From Eledone cirrhosa (Eukaryota), in the NCBI GenBank assembly GCA_964016885.1, contig OZ024764.1, forward strand, positions 17,484,001 to 17,548,000: a DNA stretch of 64,000 bases, in the 5' to 3' direction. Shown here piece after piece: positions 41,299-52,064 of this stretch. The position numbers and the translations under genes are program-made. Below the pieces are notes generated by a model, which had not been told where the DNA came from, did not search any database, and saw nothing but the letters and a program-made list of their open reading frames with translations. Numbering within the stretch: the first letter of the stretch is position 1; every line of letters begins with the position of its first letter.

Positions 41299-42282
41299 TA
41301 TGTAGGTTTAGCTGGTCTCCTACAAGGTTGTATCTCACAGGAGGTTTCTCAGATGTTTTAATGATCGGGACCCCAGTCCTATCATGTTACAGCTCACACC
41401 TATGTAGGTTTAGCTGGTCTCCTACAAGGTTGTATCTCACAGGAGGTTTCTCAGATGTTTTAATGATCGGGACCCCAGTCCTATCATGTTACAGCTCACA
41501 CCTATGTAGGTTTAGCTGGCCTCCTACAAGGTTGTATATCACAGGAGGTTTCTTGGCTGTTTTAATGATAGGGACCCCAGTCCTATCATGTTGTTACAGC
41601 TCACACCTATGTAGGTTTAGCTGGCCTCCTACAAGGTTGTATATCACAGGAGGTTTCTTGGCTGTTTTAATGATAGGGACCCCAGTCCTATCATGTTGTT
41701 ACAGCTCACACCTATGTAGGTTTAGCTGGCCTCCTACAAGGTTGTATCTCACAGGAGGTTTCTCAGATGTTTTAATGATAGGGACCCCAGTCCTATCATG
41801 TTACAGCTCACATCTATGTAGGTTTAGCTGGCCTCCTACAAGGTTGTATATCACAGGAGGTTTCTTGGCTGTTTTAATGATAGGGACCCCAGTCCTATCA
41901 TGTTGTTACAGCTCACATCTATGTAGGTTTAGCTGGCCTCCTACAAGGTTGTATCTCACAGGAGGTTTCTCAGATGTTTTAATGATAGGGACCCCAGTCC
42001 TATCATGTTGTTACAGCTCACACCTATGTAGGTTTAGCTGGCCTCCTACAAGGTTGTATCTCACAGGAGGTTTCTCAGATGTTTTAATGATAGGGACCCC
42101 AGTCCTATCATGTTACAGCTCACATCTATGTAGGTTTAGCTGGCCTCCTACAAGGTTGTATATCACAGGAGGTTTCTTGGCTGTTTTAATGATAGGGACC
42201 CCAGTCCTATCATGTTGTTACAGCTCACATCTATGTAGGTTTAGCTGGCCTCCTATAGGGTTGCATCACATAGGTTTCTTGG
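41299..42282. repeat. 102/105-bp minisatellite (9 full units plus a partial) derived from a SINE 3' region
   Basis: TATGTAGG at 41299, 41401, 41503, 41608 ... 42232. The unit matches 46311-46410 (GGTTTAGCTGGCCTCCT...TTAATGATAGGGACCCCAGTCC(C)TATCAT). Confidence 0.9.
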
Positions 42283-42521
42283 CGGAGGAGAGGGGGTGGG
42301 TGGAGTGAAGGGCTCAGTTATATCATGAAAACCTTTCGATTAAGAAGCAGCCTCATTCGTAAGAACACAAAACCACACACCACACCACTTGGCCCAGGAG
42401 TTGAACTGACAAACTTACGACAACCGTGAACAGACAACCAAAGCTACCCACTAGGCCACAACAATCACCACCACAGGTCTTCCATCCTTCACACATTACA
42501 TACTACTACACCACATTACAA

Positions 42522-42554
<33 letters not shown>

Positions 42555-42591
42555 GTGAGTGAATAACAATAATATATGTTATTAATACGAT

Positions 42592-42714
42592 CCGAGTTCA
42601 AATCCTGCCGAGGTTAACTTTGCCTTTCATCCTTACGGGGATCGGTAAAATAAAGTACCAGTAATACACTGGGGCATTTGCTGGCTTTGTGCCAATAGTA
42701 GAAACAATTATTAT
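42592..42714 (+). mobile_element. 5'-truncated copy of the Nin-like SINE
   Basis: GAGTTCAAATCCTGCCGAGGTTAACTTTGCCTTTCATCC...GTAGAAACAATTATTATT. Confidence 0.85.
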
Positions 42715-42804
42715 TCTTCAGTTTGTTTACAAGTAAACAACCTCATAAGACACCACGTGGTAGATGAACAACTTCCTTTGGTTCCAGCGATAGCTGAGAG
42801 AAAA

Positions 42805-42862
42805 CAACCGACAATGGACAATTGTCAATTATTTCGGACTGCATTGCTCCTTGTCAAGATTG
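42805..42862 (-). ncRNA. Type I hammerhead ribozyme motif, U3-A8 core variant
   Basis: Minus strand: CAATC-TTGACAA-GGA.GCAATGCAG.TCC-GAAA-TAATTGACA.AT.TGTCCATTG-TC|GGTTG. Near-palindromic stem III and GUC triplet. Lies between ~35-bp inverted repeats at ~42717-42752 and ~42880-42915. Confidence 0.6.
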
Positions 42863-43156
42863 GGTAATCTCACTGGAGCTGTTTTATGAGGCAGTTTACT
42901 TGTAAATAAACCGAATATTAATGATGTTATATTATTATAATATTCACTCACGAGTATATTCAGGTATCCACCATTTTAAGAGCGAAAACATTGTTTTTTT
43001 TTTTGTTTTTTTATCATTATTATTATTATTATTATTACGATCAGAATCAATATTTGAAATTCATTTTTCTTTCTTTTCTGTTTTTTTTTTTCAATATTTA
43101 TTTGATAAATTCCATGTCCAAATGTCCACACCCCACCCCCGCCCACAACACCCCCA

Positions 43157-43196
<40 letters not shown>

Positions 43197-43619
43197 CACC
43201 ACCCACCCAAAAACCAAATTTTAACCCAACCCCAAACATTCTCCCCTCAGCTCAGCTCCTGGCCCCAGCCCAACTCTTTTTTTACTGCCTGTCACCCTCA
43301 CCTGCTCTCATTCCCCTGCCCCCCCACCACCACCATCACACACCCAACCCACACAAAAAAAAATAAATAAATAAAATTTAAAAGAAATCAAATATTTTGA
43401 AAGAAAATAAAAAATAGAAAACTTTAAAAAAAATTTTTTTTAGAAATCAAAAATATAATTAAATAAACTCCATTGTCATTTCATTGGGGGGGGGGGGGGG
43501 GAGAGTGTCACCTTTTTCTCTTTTCTGGTGGACCAGAGGGGATTTGGGGCAGAGGAGAGAGGAAAAGGGGCAGGGTGTCACCTTTTTTCAATTCATTGTT
43601 TATTATTTTTTTTGTAAAT

Positions 43620-44170
43620 TTTAGGGGATCTTTTTTAAGAGATGACAGGAGGGAGAGTGTCACACCTTTTTTTTCTCTTTTCTCTCATTTTTTAGGGGTC
43701 AGAGGGGATTTTTTTAAAGAGATGACAGGAGGGAGAGTGTCACACCATTTTTTCTTCTTTTCTCTCATTTTTTAGGGGTCAGAAGAGTTTGTTTTAAGAG
43801 ATGAGAGGAGGAAGAGTGTCATCTTTTTCTTTTTTTTGTAATTTAAGGGGACACAGGATTGTTTTAAGACATGAGGGGGGGGGGGGCGTGTCACCTTTTT
43901 TCTACTCTTTTCTCATTTTTTAGGGGACAAGATTTTTTTAAGACATGTGAGGGGGGGAGTGTCACCTTTTTCTTTCTTTTCTCTCATTTTTAGGGGACAG
44001 AAGATATTTTTTAGAGATGAAGTGGAGGGAAGGAGCCACTCTCTCTCTCGTCATTTTTTTTGTGGGGAGAAGATTTCTTTTTAAAGATGAAGAGGAAGAG
44101 AGAGAAGGGTCACACCTTTTTCTTCTCTTTTGCCATTTTTGGGGGGGATTTTTTTAAAGAGAGGAAGGGA
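43620..44170. repeat. Degenerate ~60-70-bp purine/pyrimidine-block repeat
   Basis: TTTTAGGGG...TTTTAAGAGATGA...GGAGAGTGTCACACCTTTT recurs ~8 times. Confidence 0.7.
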
Positions 44171-44483
44171 GAGAAAAAAAGGATAAGGGGACAAGGGGTC
44201 AAACCTTTTGTCTTTTCATTTCTACCATTGTGTTTAATATTTTCTCTCAATTCAAAGGATTTCTTTCCTGTTTTAATTAGGGGTCTGTTTTTATTGTGTG
44301 TTAATTATTTTTGTTGTTTTTATACATTTTCAACAAAAAAAAGAAAAAAGAAAAAGAAAAGATCAATTTGTTTTTTCCTTGTTTTTCTTGTAAGAGGGTG
44401 GCGGGGTGGGGGGGGGGAGCAGATGGCCAGGAAAAGGCTAGGAAGGAATCAATGTTTTGTTTTTATTTTCAGATAGCCACATA

Positions 44484-44556
<73 letters not shown>

Positions 44557-44619
44557 TTATATATACAGAAACACATACATAGAGAATTATAATATATATA
44601 TATATATTTGTACATGTGT

Positions 44620-44679
<60 letters not shown>

Positions 44680-45612
44680 GTGAGAAACGTAAATACATGC
44701 ATGTGTACATACAGACATATACACACACACGCATACATATATAGATGAAGAGAGAGAGACATGTAAATACCTATGCATATATATATATACACACACGCAC
44801 GCACACACATATATATATATACACATTTATATATACATATACACATTTACATATATATATATATATATACATATTTACACATATATATATATATACACAT
44901 ATATATATACACACATATATATATATACACACATATATATATATACACACATATATATATATATATACATATTTACACATATATATATATATATACATAT
45001 TTACACATATATATACACACATATATATATACACACACACATATATATATACATACACACTAACAATGTCTTTGGCAGCTTTTGGAGGTTCGAGGGAGGG
45101 GCAGACACCCCAAGTTGTTTTAATATTTCATTATGTAATAAACCTAGTGGGGGGGGGGGGGGGTAGAGAAAAGAGTATTGACCAAGCAGTGTAGGGGAGG
45201 GGTGTAGTAGTAGTAGTAGGAGATATGGACAAAGAGGAAGGAGCGAGGAGAGGCTGGTGGAGGAGGAGATAAGAAGAATAGCAGTAGTAGTAGTAGTAAT
45301 AGTAGTAGTAGGAGGAGTGAGAAATGTGAAAGAGGAGGGCGGTGGGTGGAAGAGGGAAGAAGAGGAGGAGGAAGGGGAGAGCTTCAGTGTGCAAGGTAAA
45401 AACCACACCCCTCCTCTCTCTCTAACCCTTCCCTCCATCCATCCATCCAAGTCCCCCCCCCTCCTCATCATCCACTTCTTCCACCACCTCAGCCTCCCTC
45501 TTCATCCCCCTCCCCAACACCACCACCGCCACCATCACCAAAAACAAAATCACCCACCCAACCACCCTAACCCAACCCCATCTCTCACTCACTCGCTCAG
45601 TGTTGCACACAA

Positions 45613-45643
<31 letters not shown>

Positions 45644-45699
45644 CATATATACATACATACATATATATATATGTATATATATACACATATACATGCAGA

Positions 45700-46122
45700 A
45701 GCTGGCAGACATGACATACTCGCAATTGCTGGATGAAATATTTCAGTTAAACTCGGGGTTGAAAAAAAAAAAATGATATATTTTTTTTGGGGGGGCGGGG
45801 TTAAAATAAAGGAGGAAAAAAGTATTTTTTAGTAGTGGTGGTGGTGGTGGTGGTGGTGGTGGTGGTGGGGGTGAGAGAGAGAGAGAGAAAGATAGAGAGA
45901 GAGAGAGTTGGGGGGGAAGGAAGTCTGTCACACAGTTTTGCACCCACTGTCCACCATAATCTGCTACTGTTGTTGTTGTAGTTGTAGTAGTAGTAGTAGT
46001 AGTAGTAGTAATAGTAGTAGTAGTAGTAGTAGTAGTAGAAGCCTGAATAGATCAATGGTGATACAGCTGGTCGTAAACTTCCCCCCTGGCGGTCCTGGAT
46101 GCAGTTTGGTGACATCCTTCGT
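45700..46122 (-). other. UBE2G1: Probable start of the non-coding terminal (3'UTR) exon of UBE2G1; 3' end undetermined
   Basis: Strong minus-strand polypyrimidine tract TTTTTTTTCTTTGTCTCTCTCTGAATGTGTTTTTTTTAATCTTTTCAG|ACGAAG (AG at 46123-46124), paired with a candidate donor at 47203. Confidence 0.5.
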
Positions 46123-46310
46123 CTGAAAAGATTAAAAAAAACACATTCAGAGAGAGACAAAGAAAAAAAAAAAAACTTGCCGCAGTTCTAATATATTTTA
46201 ACCCTTAACATCCTATTCACCCTCAATCATATTTCCAGCAACTGGTGCAGCCAGATTTTAATTAACATATATCAATTAGAAAAATTTGTTTCCTTGATTC
46301 AATCTGACAT

Positions 46311-46512
46311 GCAGGTTTAGCTGGCCTCCTCCATGGTATATCTCGTTGGAGGTGTCTTGGGTGATTTAATGATAGGGACCCCAGTCCCTATCATCTCATT
46401 TCTACAGCTGAGTAAACTGGAGCAACGTGAAATAAAGTGTCTTGCTCAAGGAAACAACATCACCTGGTCTGAGAATTGAACTCACAACCTTTCGATTGCA
46501 AGGCCAATGCTC
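46311..46512 (-). mobile_element. tRNA-derived SINE (second family)
   Basis: Minus strand has a tRNA-like head TGGTTTAGTGG...GAGTTCAATTC then CCTTGAGCAAGACACTTTATTTCAC. Partial copies at ~47003-47100 and ~58870-58990. Confidence 0.8.
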
Positions 46513-46837
46513 TAACCACTAAACCATGCGCTGGTGTGTGTGTGTGTGTGCACACGTATGTATATATATATATATATGTATATTTTGAGTATATGTTGGT
46601 TATTTACCGACACCTCAAGGAAATAACAACACACCCAGGAGCTGGACTTATCGATGAATTGACGGAGTAAAACACACTTCAACATGTGTACATGTCTCTA
46701 CCACACCAATTCGGACTACCTGGAGAGGTTACAGCCAATGTTGGCTGTCACCAAAATATATATAGCAGTATATCTATAATTTATAATAAACGAAGCCAAA
46801 TTTTACATATTTGACTTAATTATTTTATATATATATA

Positions 46838-47002
46838 TATCATCATTTCCTTTTACGTCCACTTTTCCCTGCTTGCAAGGGTGGGACGGGAACTGATCCT
46901 GGCTTGATTTCTACAGCTGGATGCCCTTCCTAACACCAACCTCATTTACAGTGAGTGCTGGGTGCTTTTTTGCTGTGGCACCTCCACGACCACTTTACAG
47001 TG
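46838..47002 (-). mobile_element. RTE LINE 3' UTR fragment
   Basis: ATCATCATTTCCTTTTACGTCCACTTTTCCCTGCTTGCAAGGG...GGATGCCCTTCCTAACACCAACCTCATTTACAGTGAGTGCTGGGTGC matches the reverse complement of the 53330-53480 segment. Confidence 0.8.
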
Positions 47003-47242
47003 GAATGATAGGGACCCCAGTCCCTATCATCTCATTTCTACAGCTGAGTAAACTGGAGCAATGTGAAATAAAGTGTCTTGCTCAAGGAAACAACACATCA
47101 AATATACTCTAGCGTCATCTCTATCAGTGACAACATTGTTTTTACATTTAACATTGTCAAGTTTTTTTAAATCAAAAACGAAAAAAGTAAAATGTAGACA
47201 AACCTTATTTTTAATCAACGTAAATCAATTAGAAAAATTTGT

Positions 47243-47326
47243 TTAATCATTAAACTCCTCTTGACTCTTTCTCACACATTTACTGACAGCCTTCTTAAAT
47301 TCTTCCGGTTGCTCTCTCCACATTTT
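47243..47326 (-). CDS. UBE2G1: Ubiquitin-conjugating enzyme E2 G1, last coding exon (KMWREQPEEFKKAVSKCVRKSQEEFND*)
   Basis: TTTCAG acceptor at 47327-47328, phase 0, 84 nt to TAA. Matches the UBE2G1 C-terminus (K.WRE...FK..V..CVRKSQE). Confidence 0.9.
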   Translation of the reverse strand, partial: KMWREQPEEFKKAVSKCVRKSQEEFND

Positions 47327-47685
47327 CTGAAACAAACACAATAATTAGCTACAGGGTTAATTTAATTAACATAGAAGGTGTGTGGCTTAGTGGTGAGGGT
47401 GTTGGACTTACTATCATAATGTTATGGGTTTGATTCCTGGACTGGGTGCTGTGTTATGTTGAGATTTTGATATCTATTTTGAGAACAATACCTTAACATC
47501 AGCATGAGTAGCCAGTTACGGCCGGTTTGGACAGAAAGAGGTGAGAAAATTCTAGCCAGATATGGCTGGTTTAAAGGCTAAAAAGTTAAATAGAAACACT
47601 TCAAGGTTACATGGTTTTATTTCACAGAACCAGAGCTGAATTTGGCTAAGTTGGTAAACAAAGGGTTAAACATAGTTTAACTTAA

Positions 47686-47890
47686 CCCATTAGCATTTAC
47701 ATTACTCTATATATACTATTGTATTTTGTGGTAAAGATTATCTCACATAATATTGAATCTATGACGTTTTGATGTTATTCATTTTGAAAACAATACCTTA
47801 ACATCAGTATGAGTGGCCAGTTACAGCCAGTTTGAACAGAAAGAGGTGAGAGAATTCTGTCCGGATACGGCCGGCTTAAATGCTAAAGGG
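47686..47890. mobile_element. piggyBac-like MITE in UBE2G1 intron
   Basis: TTAA|CCCATTAGCATTTAC ... AATGCTAAAGGG|TTAA. A partial second copy lies at ~47461-47590. Confidence 0.75.
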
Positions 47891-48075
47891 TTAAAGTATT
47901 GTTCTCAATAGTAGTTTTATTTCATAGAACCAGAGCAGGTTTGGGCCGGGTTGGTAACTAAAAGGGTTAAACATAGTTTAACTTAAGCCTAAAACTCCAT
48001 TGGGGGGGGATACAAGCTAAAGAAAAACAGACAAAAAAGTAGGAGAGAGAAGGTTTTGGGGGGTTCAATACTCAC

Positions 48076-48254
48076 CGCTGCCTCTACATTTGCAGGGGAT
48101 TCATCATTTGGATCTGCTAACATTGAAATAACACTAACTAAGATTGTTTCTACGGTGTGTACAGGTAACCAACGTTCAGAGGCCTTCTCGTAACCAAATT
48201 TGTCTTCTCCAGGTTCATGTAAGATTGAAATACACACATTACCATCTTTATCAA
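48076..48254 (-). CDS. UBE2G1: UBE2G1 exon with catalytic Cys and acidic loop (IDKDGNVCISILHEPGEDKFGYEKASERWLPVHTVETILVSVISMLADPNDESPANVEAA)
   Basis: CAG acceptor at 48255-48256, GTGAGT donor at 48070-48075, 179 nt. Active-site Cys codon at 48232-48234. Has the Ubc7/Cdc34-type acidic insertion. Confidence 0.95.
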
Positions 48255-48682
48255 CTGAAACATAACAACAACAACAGCATTAATGTTGGTTTATATATTT
48301 AAATATATCAAAGACTACGTTGTTTTGAAGATAGCGAGCAAAGTTTGAAAGTGAGTTAGAAATAGAAGCTTTGCTGTATTTTGACTAAAGAAAAATAGCC
48401 TGATGGTGGGGTTTAAAAACCCTCTAAATCAGAGGTCCCCAACCACCAGGCCACTGATCAGTACCGGTAGGTAGGTAGGTAGGTAGACATGTAAATAGAT
48501 AGTCATGTAGGTAGGTAAATAGATTGGTAGGTAGACATAGGTAGAAAGATAGTTATATAGGGAGACAGATAAGTAGGTTAGATAGACTGACAGACAGACA
48601 GACAGTTATATAGTTATGTAGGTAGACAGATATATAGTTACACAGATAGATAAACCTATGTGTGTGTGCAAGGAGTACTCAC

Positions 48683-48780
48683 TGTTTGGGTGCCATATTT
48701 CTGATTTAAATGTCATCTTTGGAGGCCTCAATGGGTATTCTTTAGGGAACACCAAATGTGCTTTAAACAGGCCCTCTTCA
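48683..48780 (-). CDS. UBE2G1: UBE2G1 exon ([33 protein letters not shown])
   Basis: GCAG acceptor at 48781-48782, GTGAGT donor at 48677-48682, 98 nt. Contains the E2 HPN motif; phases are consistent with both neighbours. Confidence 0.95.
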
Positions 48781-48979
48781 CTGCAACAAGAACATATATA
48801 ATATAGATGATATAGAGAGATAGGGAGTAAATAGACAACACATGAGAGAGAGAAACTTTGCATTTAATTCTTAACATCCTGTAATGATTCAGCAGAAAAT
48901 ATTTTTTTTTTAAAACCGTAAAAGGTTTGTTAATTCAAATGTTTATAGTATCTTTCCTTAAATTCACTCAAATTTATAT

Positions 48980-49240
48980 ATAGAAGACTGCGATAGTATG
49001 GACATGTGATGCACATGGAGGATGACCGATGAGTGAAGAGGTGCCAAGAAATCCCAGTAGAAGACACAGTAGAGGAAGACCACGAAAAACATGGGCGGAG
49101 GTGGTGAGAGCAGACTTCAGATCACTGAAACTCATGGAGGAGATGACGAAGGAGTGTGACAAGTGGAGAGTTGCTGTGCTGAATAGGACCCGTCCTACCC
49201 TTGCAAGCAGGGAAAAGCAGACGTAAAATGATGATGATGA
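48980..49240 (+). mobile_element. RTE LINE 3' end in UBE2G1 intron
   Basis: Degenerate RRLR*YGHVM ... RGRPRKTWAEVVRAD C-terminus, then CCCTTGCAAGCAGGGAAAAGCAGACGTAAAAT(GAT)n and (TA)n. Confidence 0.8.
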
Positions 49241-49285
49241 TATATATAGAAAGGTGAGAGAGAGTAGAGGTGGGTGTTTACTTAC

Positions 49286-49385
49286 AATAAAGTATCTGGA
49301 GGACCAATTATAACTACTTCCCACCGATAGATGTCGTCATCTATTAAACCAGCAGAAAATCCATCTACGGGGTTTTTCATTAAAT
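49286..49385 (-). CDS. UBE2G1: UBE2G1 exon 2 (xLMKNPVDGFSAGLIDDDIYRWEVVIIGPPDTL); exon 1 not identified in window
   Basis: TTCAG acceptor at 49386-49387, GTAAGT donor ending at 49285, 100 nt. Matches UBE2G1 L.KNPV.GFSAGLIDD...W. Confidence 0.93.
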
Positions 49386-49597
49386 CTGAAATGAGAACAA
49401 ACATAGATAGAAAAGGCACACACAAACATGATAATCTGCACACACACACACACACACACAAAATTTTACATCCATTTTTCAGCACCACCTCATATATATA
49501 TATATATATTGTACAATGGAAGAAAACATAATAGTACCACTGATGATGTCACAGGTGTGTGATGAAAGAACTTTGATAGACTATACATACATACATG

Positions 49598-50045
49598 GTG
49601 GCTGCCAACTCGTTTTCGAGTACGGCCACTACTTTATAACCATGTAGGAGAACCCCTACCGATACGCTGAACGAGTGTGACTTTTTAGTCCAGCCAGCGA
49701 CTTGAAAACTCTGGTACAAACACTACACTTGTGACAATTATTGACACATAGTGCTGGGCCCATGGTACCATGTAATGACAAGTGCAGAGAGATCTCCAGA
49801 TACAAAGCAATGCCTGTGCCGTGAAGCTTTTATAGTGAGCAAAGGCACTGCACAAAGCCAGTCCCACTCTCTTAACCAAGATGATATTTACCAAAAAGAA
49901 GAACAAGTCAACATCATTGGATACCATCAGGGTTGCAGGTGTTATATCAGAGTTTTCCTTCTCCTAGAATTCTGCCTTGACAAAGGCTAAGGGGTCATCT
50001 CTCCCGGTGATTTTGGATGGCCATTGACTCTTAAGAGCTCCTTTG

Positions 50046-50048
<3 letters not shown>
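49598..50048 (-). mobile_element. Non-autonomous RTE-like retroelement (copy 2, 5'-truncated)
   Basis: High identity to 16956-17390, with an (ATGT)n tail on minus and (TA)n at the truncation point. Confidence 0.7.
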
Positions 50049-50093
<45 letters not shown>

Positions 50094-50117
50094 TTATTTA
50101 TATGAATGTATATATAT

Positions 50118-50375
50118 AGTGTATTTTGCAATACACTGTATGCTTAATTAAAAGCATTTTGAAGACCTTACGCTATTGTTTTAGAGTAGTGAGTCTCACT
50201 TTAAATTTTCAGCAAACAGGGGGAGATAAAGCTGACAGAGCTCTGTTTCATACTATTTGGTACTTATCAAAGCTAAGTACTCCACCTGTTTGCTGAAAAT
50301 CATGTACTTAGCTTTGATAAGTACCAAATAGTACGAAACAGAGCTCTGTCAGCTTTATCTCCCCCTGTTTGCTGA
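50118..50375. mobile_element. Penelope-like fragment with fold-back palindrome (50209-50375)
   Basis: ~72-bp arms. The 23-bp spacer contains a third copy of CCTGTTTGCTGAAAAT. Flanked by (TA)n. Confidence 0.65.
50310..50354 (+). ncRNA. Type I hammerhead ribozyme motif, U3-A8 core variant, palindromic stem III
   Basis: AGCT-TTGATAA-GTAC.CAAATA.GTAC-GAAA-CAGAGCTCTG-TC|AGCT. All three stems pair and the GUC triplet ends at 50350. An inverted copy at 50230-50274 has G.U at the base of stem II. Confidence 0.7.
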
Positions 50376-50582
50376 TATATATATCGCTATTTCAGAGCAC
50401 CAATTCTAATATATTTATATATATTTTTAACCGTTGGTCAATCAATGATAAACATTAATTGCCAGATAAATTAACTATGGAGATATAAAAAAAAGATACA
50501 GAAGCAAAAACCACTCCAAACCAAACAGTGTTTTATTATTATTTCTGGCAATATTATAACAATATGACCTATCCCAAATGTA

Positions 50583-50641
<59 letters not shown>

Positions 50642-51028
50642 GTAATGATAAATACTAAGACCAAAATCCAAAGAGGGCTCGATAAGGATTGTATATATAA
50701 GTATATATAAACCCATAGAGCAAATATTTATCATTAGTTCAGATTAAATTTTAAGCAAAAAATTTCTGCTTTCACTCTATTACAGGATCTCCTAAAGACC
50801 CCGTAATAGAGATGTCGCGGAAGGTCTGACTCTTCCTCGACATCTCAGATATACAAGGTTATATGTGCAAAGACACATTCAAACTCGCATATCTAAAGAG
50901 ATGTTGAGGCCTTGGTCATTACGATTGTACCCTGAGTTGATCGATATTGAAACAATTGTAATAAGTCAATAAAATTTAGATATATGAAGCAGTGAGTTTG
51001 ATCTAATTTACTTTTATATATATATACA

Positions 51029-51502
51029 CGAGGGGGCTACAAAAGGTTTGTGAAAAAAGTACACAGCTAAAAATCATATGCAGAGATTTTGATCGCAATG
51101 CACCTGTATGTTCTTGAACTAACGTGTGATAACATGTTCTAACATGAACCCTTAAATGCATGTTGCAACGCAGCACCACCAGTCCCAAGTCAGCACCCAC
51201 TCCAACAATATGGCCTCATTCAAAATAACAAATTCATGGTGAAGCTAGGGTGGAAGAGGAGCCAAACCATTGACACTCTGGAGCAAGTTTATGGGGACAA
51301 TGCCCCAAAGAAATCAACACCCTACAAATGGATGTCAGTTTAGAAGTGGAAGAGATGAGGTTGAAGATGATCCCCAGTTGAAGATGTAAGAAAAAGGACT
51401 GCTTTGACATGGTTTAAATGACATGGCCCTCAGTTTTACAGAGATGGACTTAAAGGCTGGTATCAACGCTTGCAGGAGTGTATTGACCTAGCAGGAGCAT
51501 AT
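51029..51502 (+). mobile_element. Internally deleted mariner (irritans/Hsmar2-like) transposon remnant
   Basis: Left TIR CGAGGGG.T.CAAAA. N-terminal KFMVKLGWKRSQTIDTLEQVYGDNAPKKSTPYKW is fused to C-terminal PQFYRDGLKGWYQRLQECIDLAGAY; frameshifted. Confidence 0.8.
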
Positions 51503-51559
51503 TTTTTACTCTTCGGGGGCAGGTGCTCTTGAAACTTAACCCCCGCAAAAACCAGGGGA

Positions 51560-51655
<96 letters not shown>

Positions 51656-52064
51656 AATGTGTATATCTTCACACACACACATATATATATATGTGTATAT
51701 CTTCACACACACACACATAAATATATATATATATATCTTCACACACACACACACACACATATATAGAGATCTGGGACTTGTCTATTTCTACTCACTTTCC
51801 GTTGCTAAAACTTTTTTGTTGTTACTCTGGCGTCCCCCTTTATTTACGTGTCCCAATGACTTTTTTTAGCCGTTGTTCGCACCAACCCGAGGCATATGGC
51901 CCTTAAAGCGATGAAATGCCCAGGACGGTTGGAGGGTCACTGATGAAGGACTCACTTTTTCATATGTATCCCATTTGCAACGCCGCAGCTCCATTATTAT
52001 CATATATATATATATATAAATGTGTATATCTTCACACACACATATATATATATATATATATGTG

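Noticed and set aside
50930-50975. GAAACAATTGTA palindromic stem III-like motif
   Set aside because: No convincing core or stem II upstream; at best a heavily decayed remnant.
51930-51970. CTGATGA as a hammerhead core
   Set aside because: No following stem II-GAAA or stem III.
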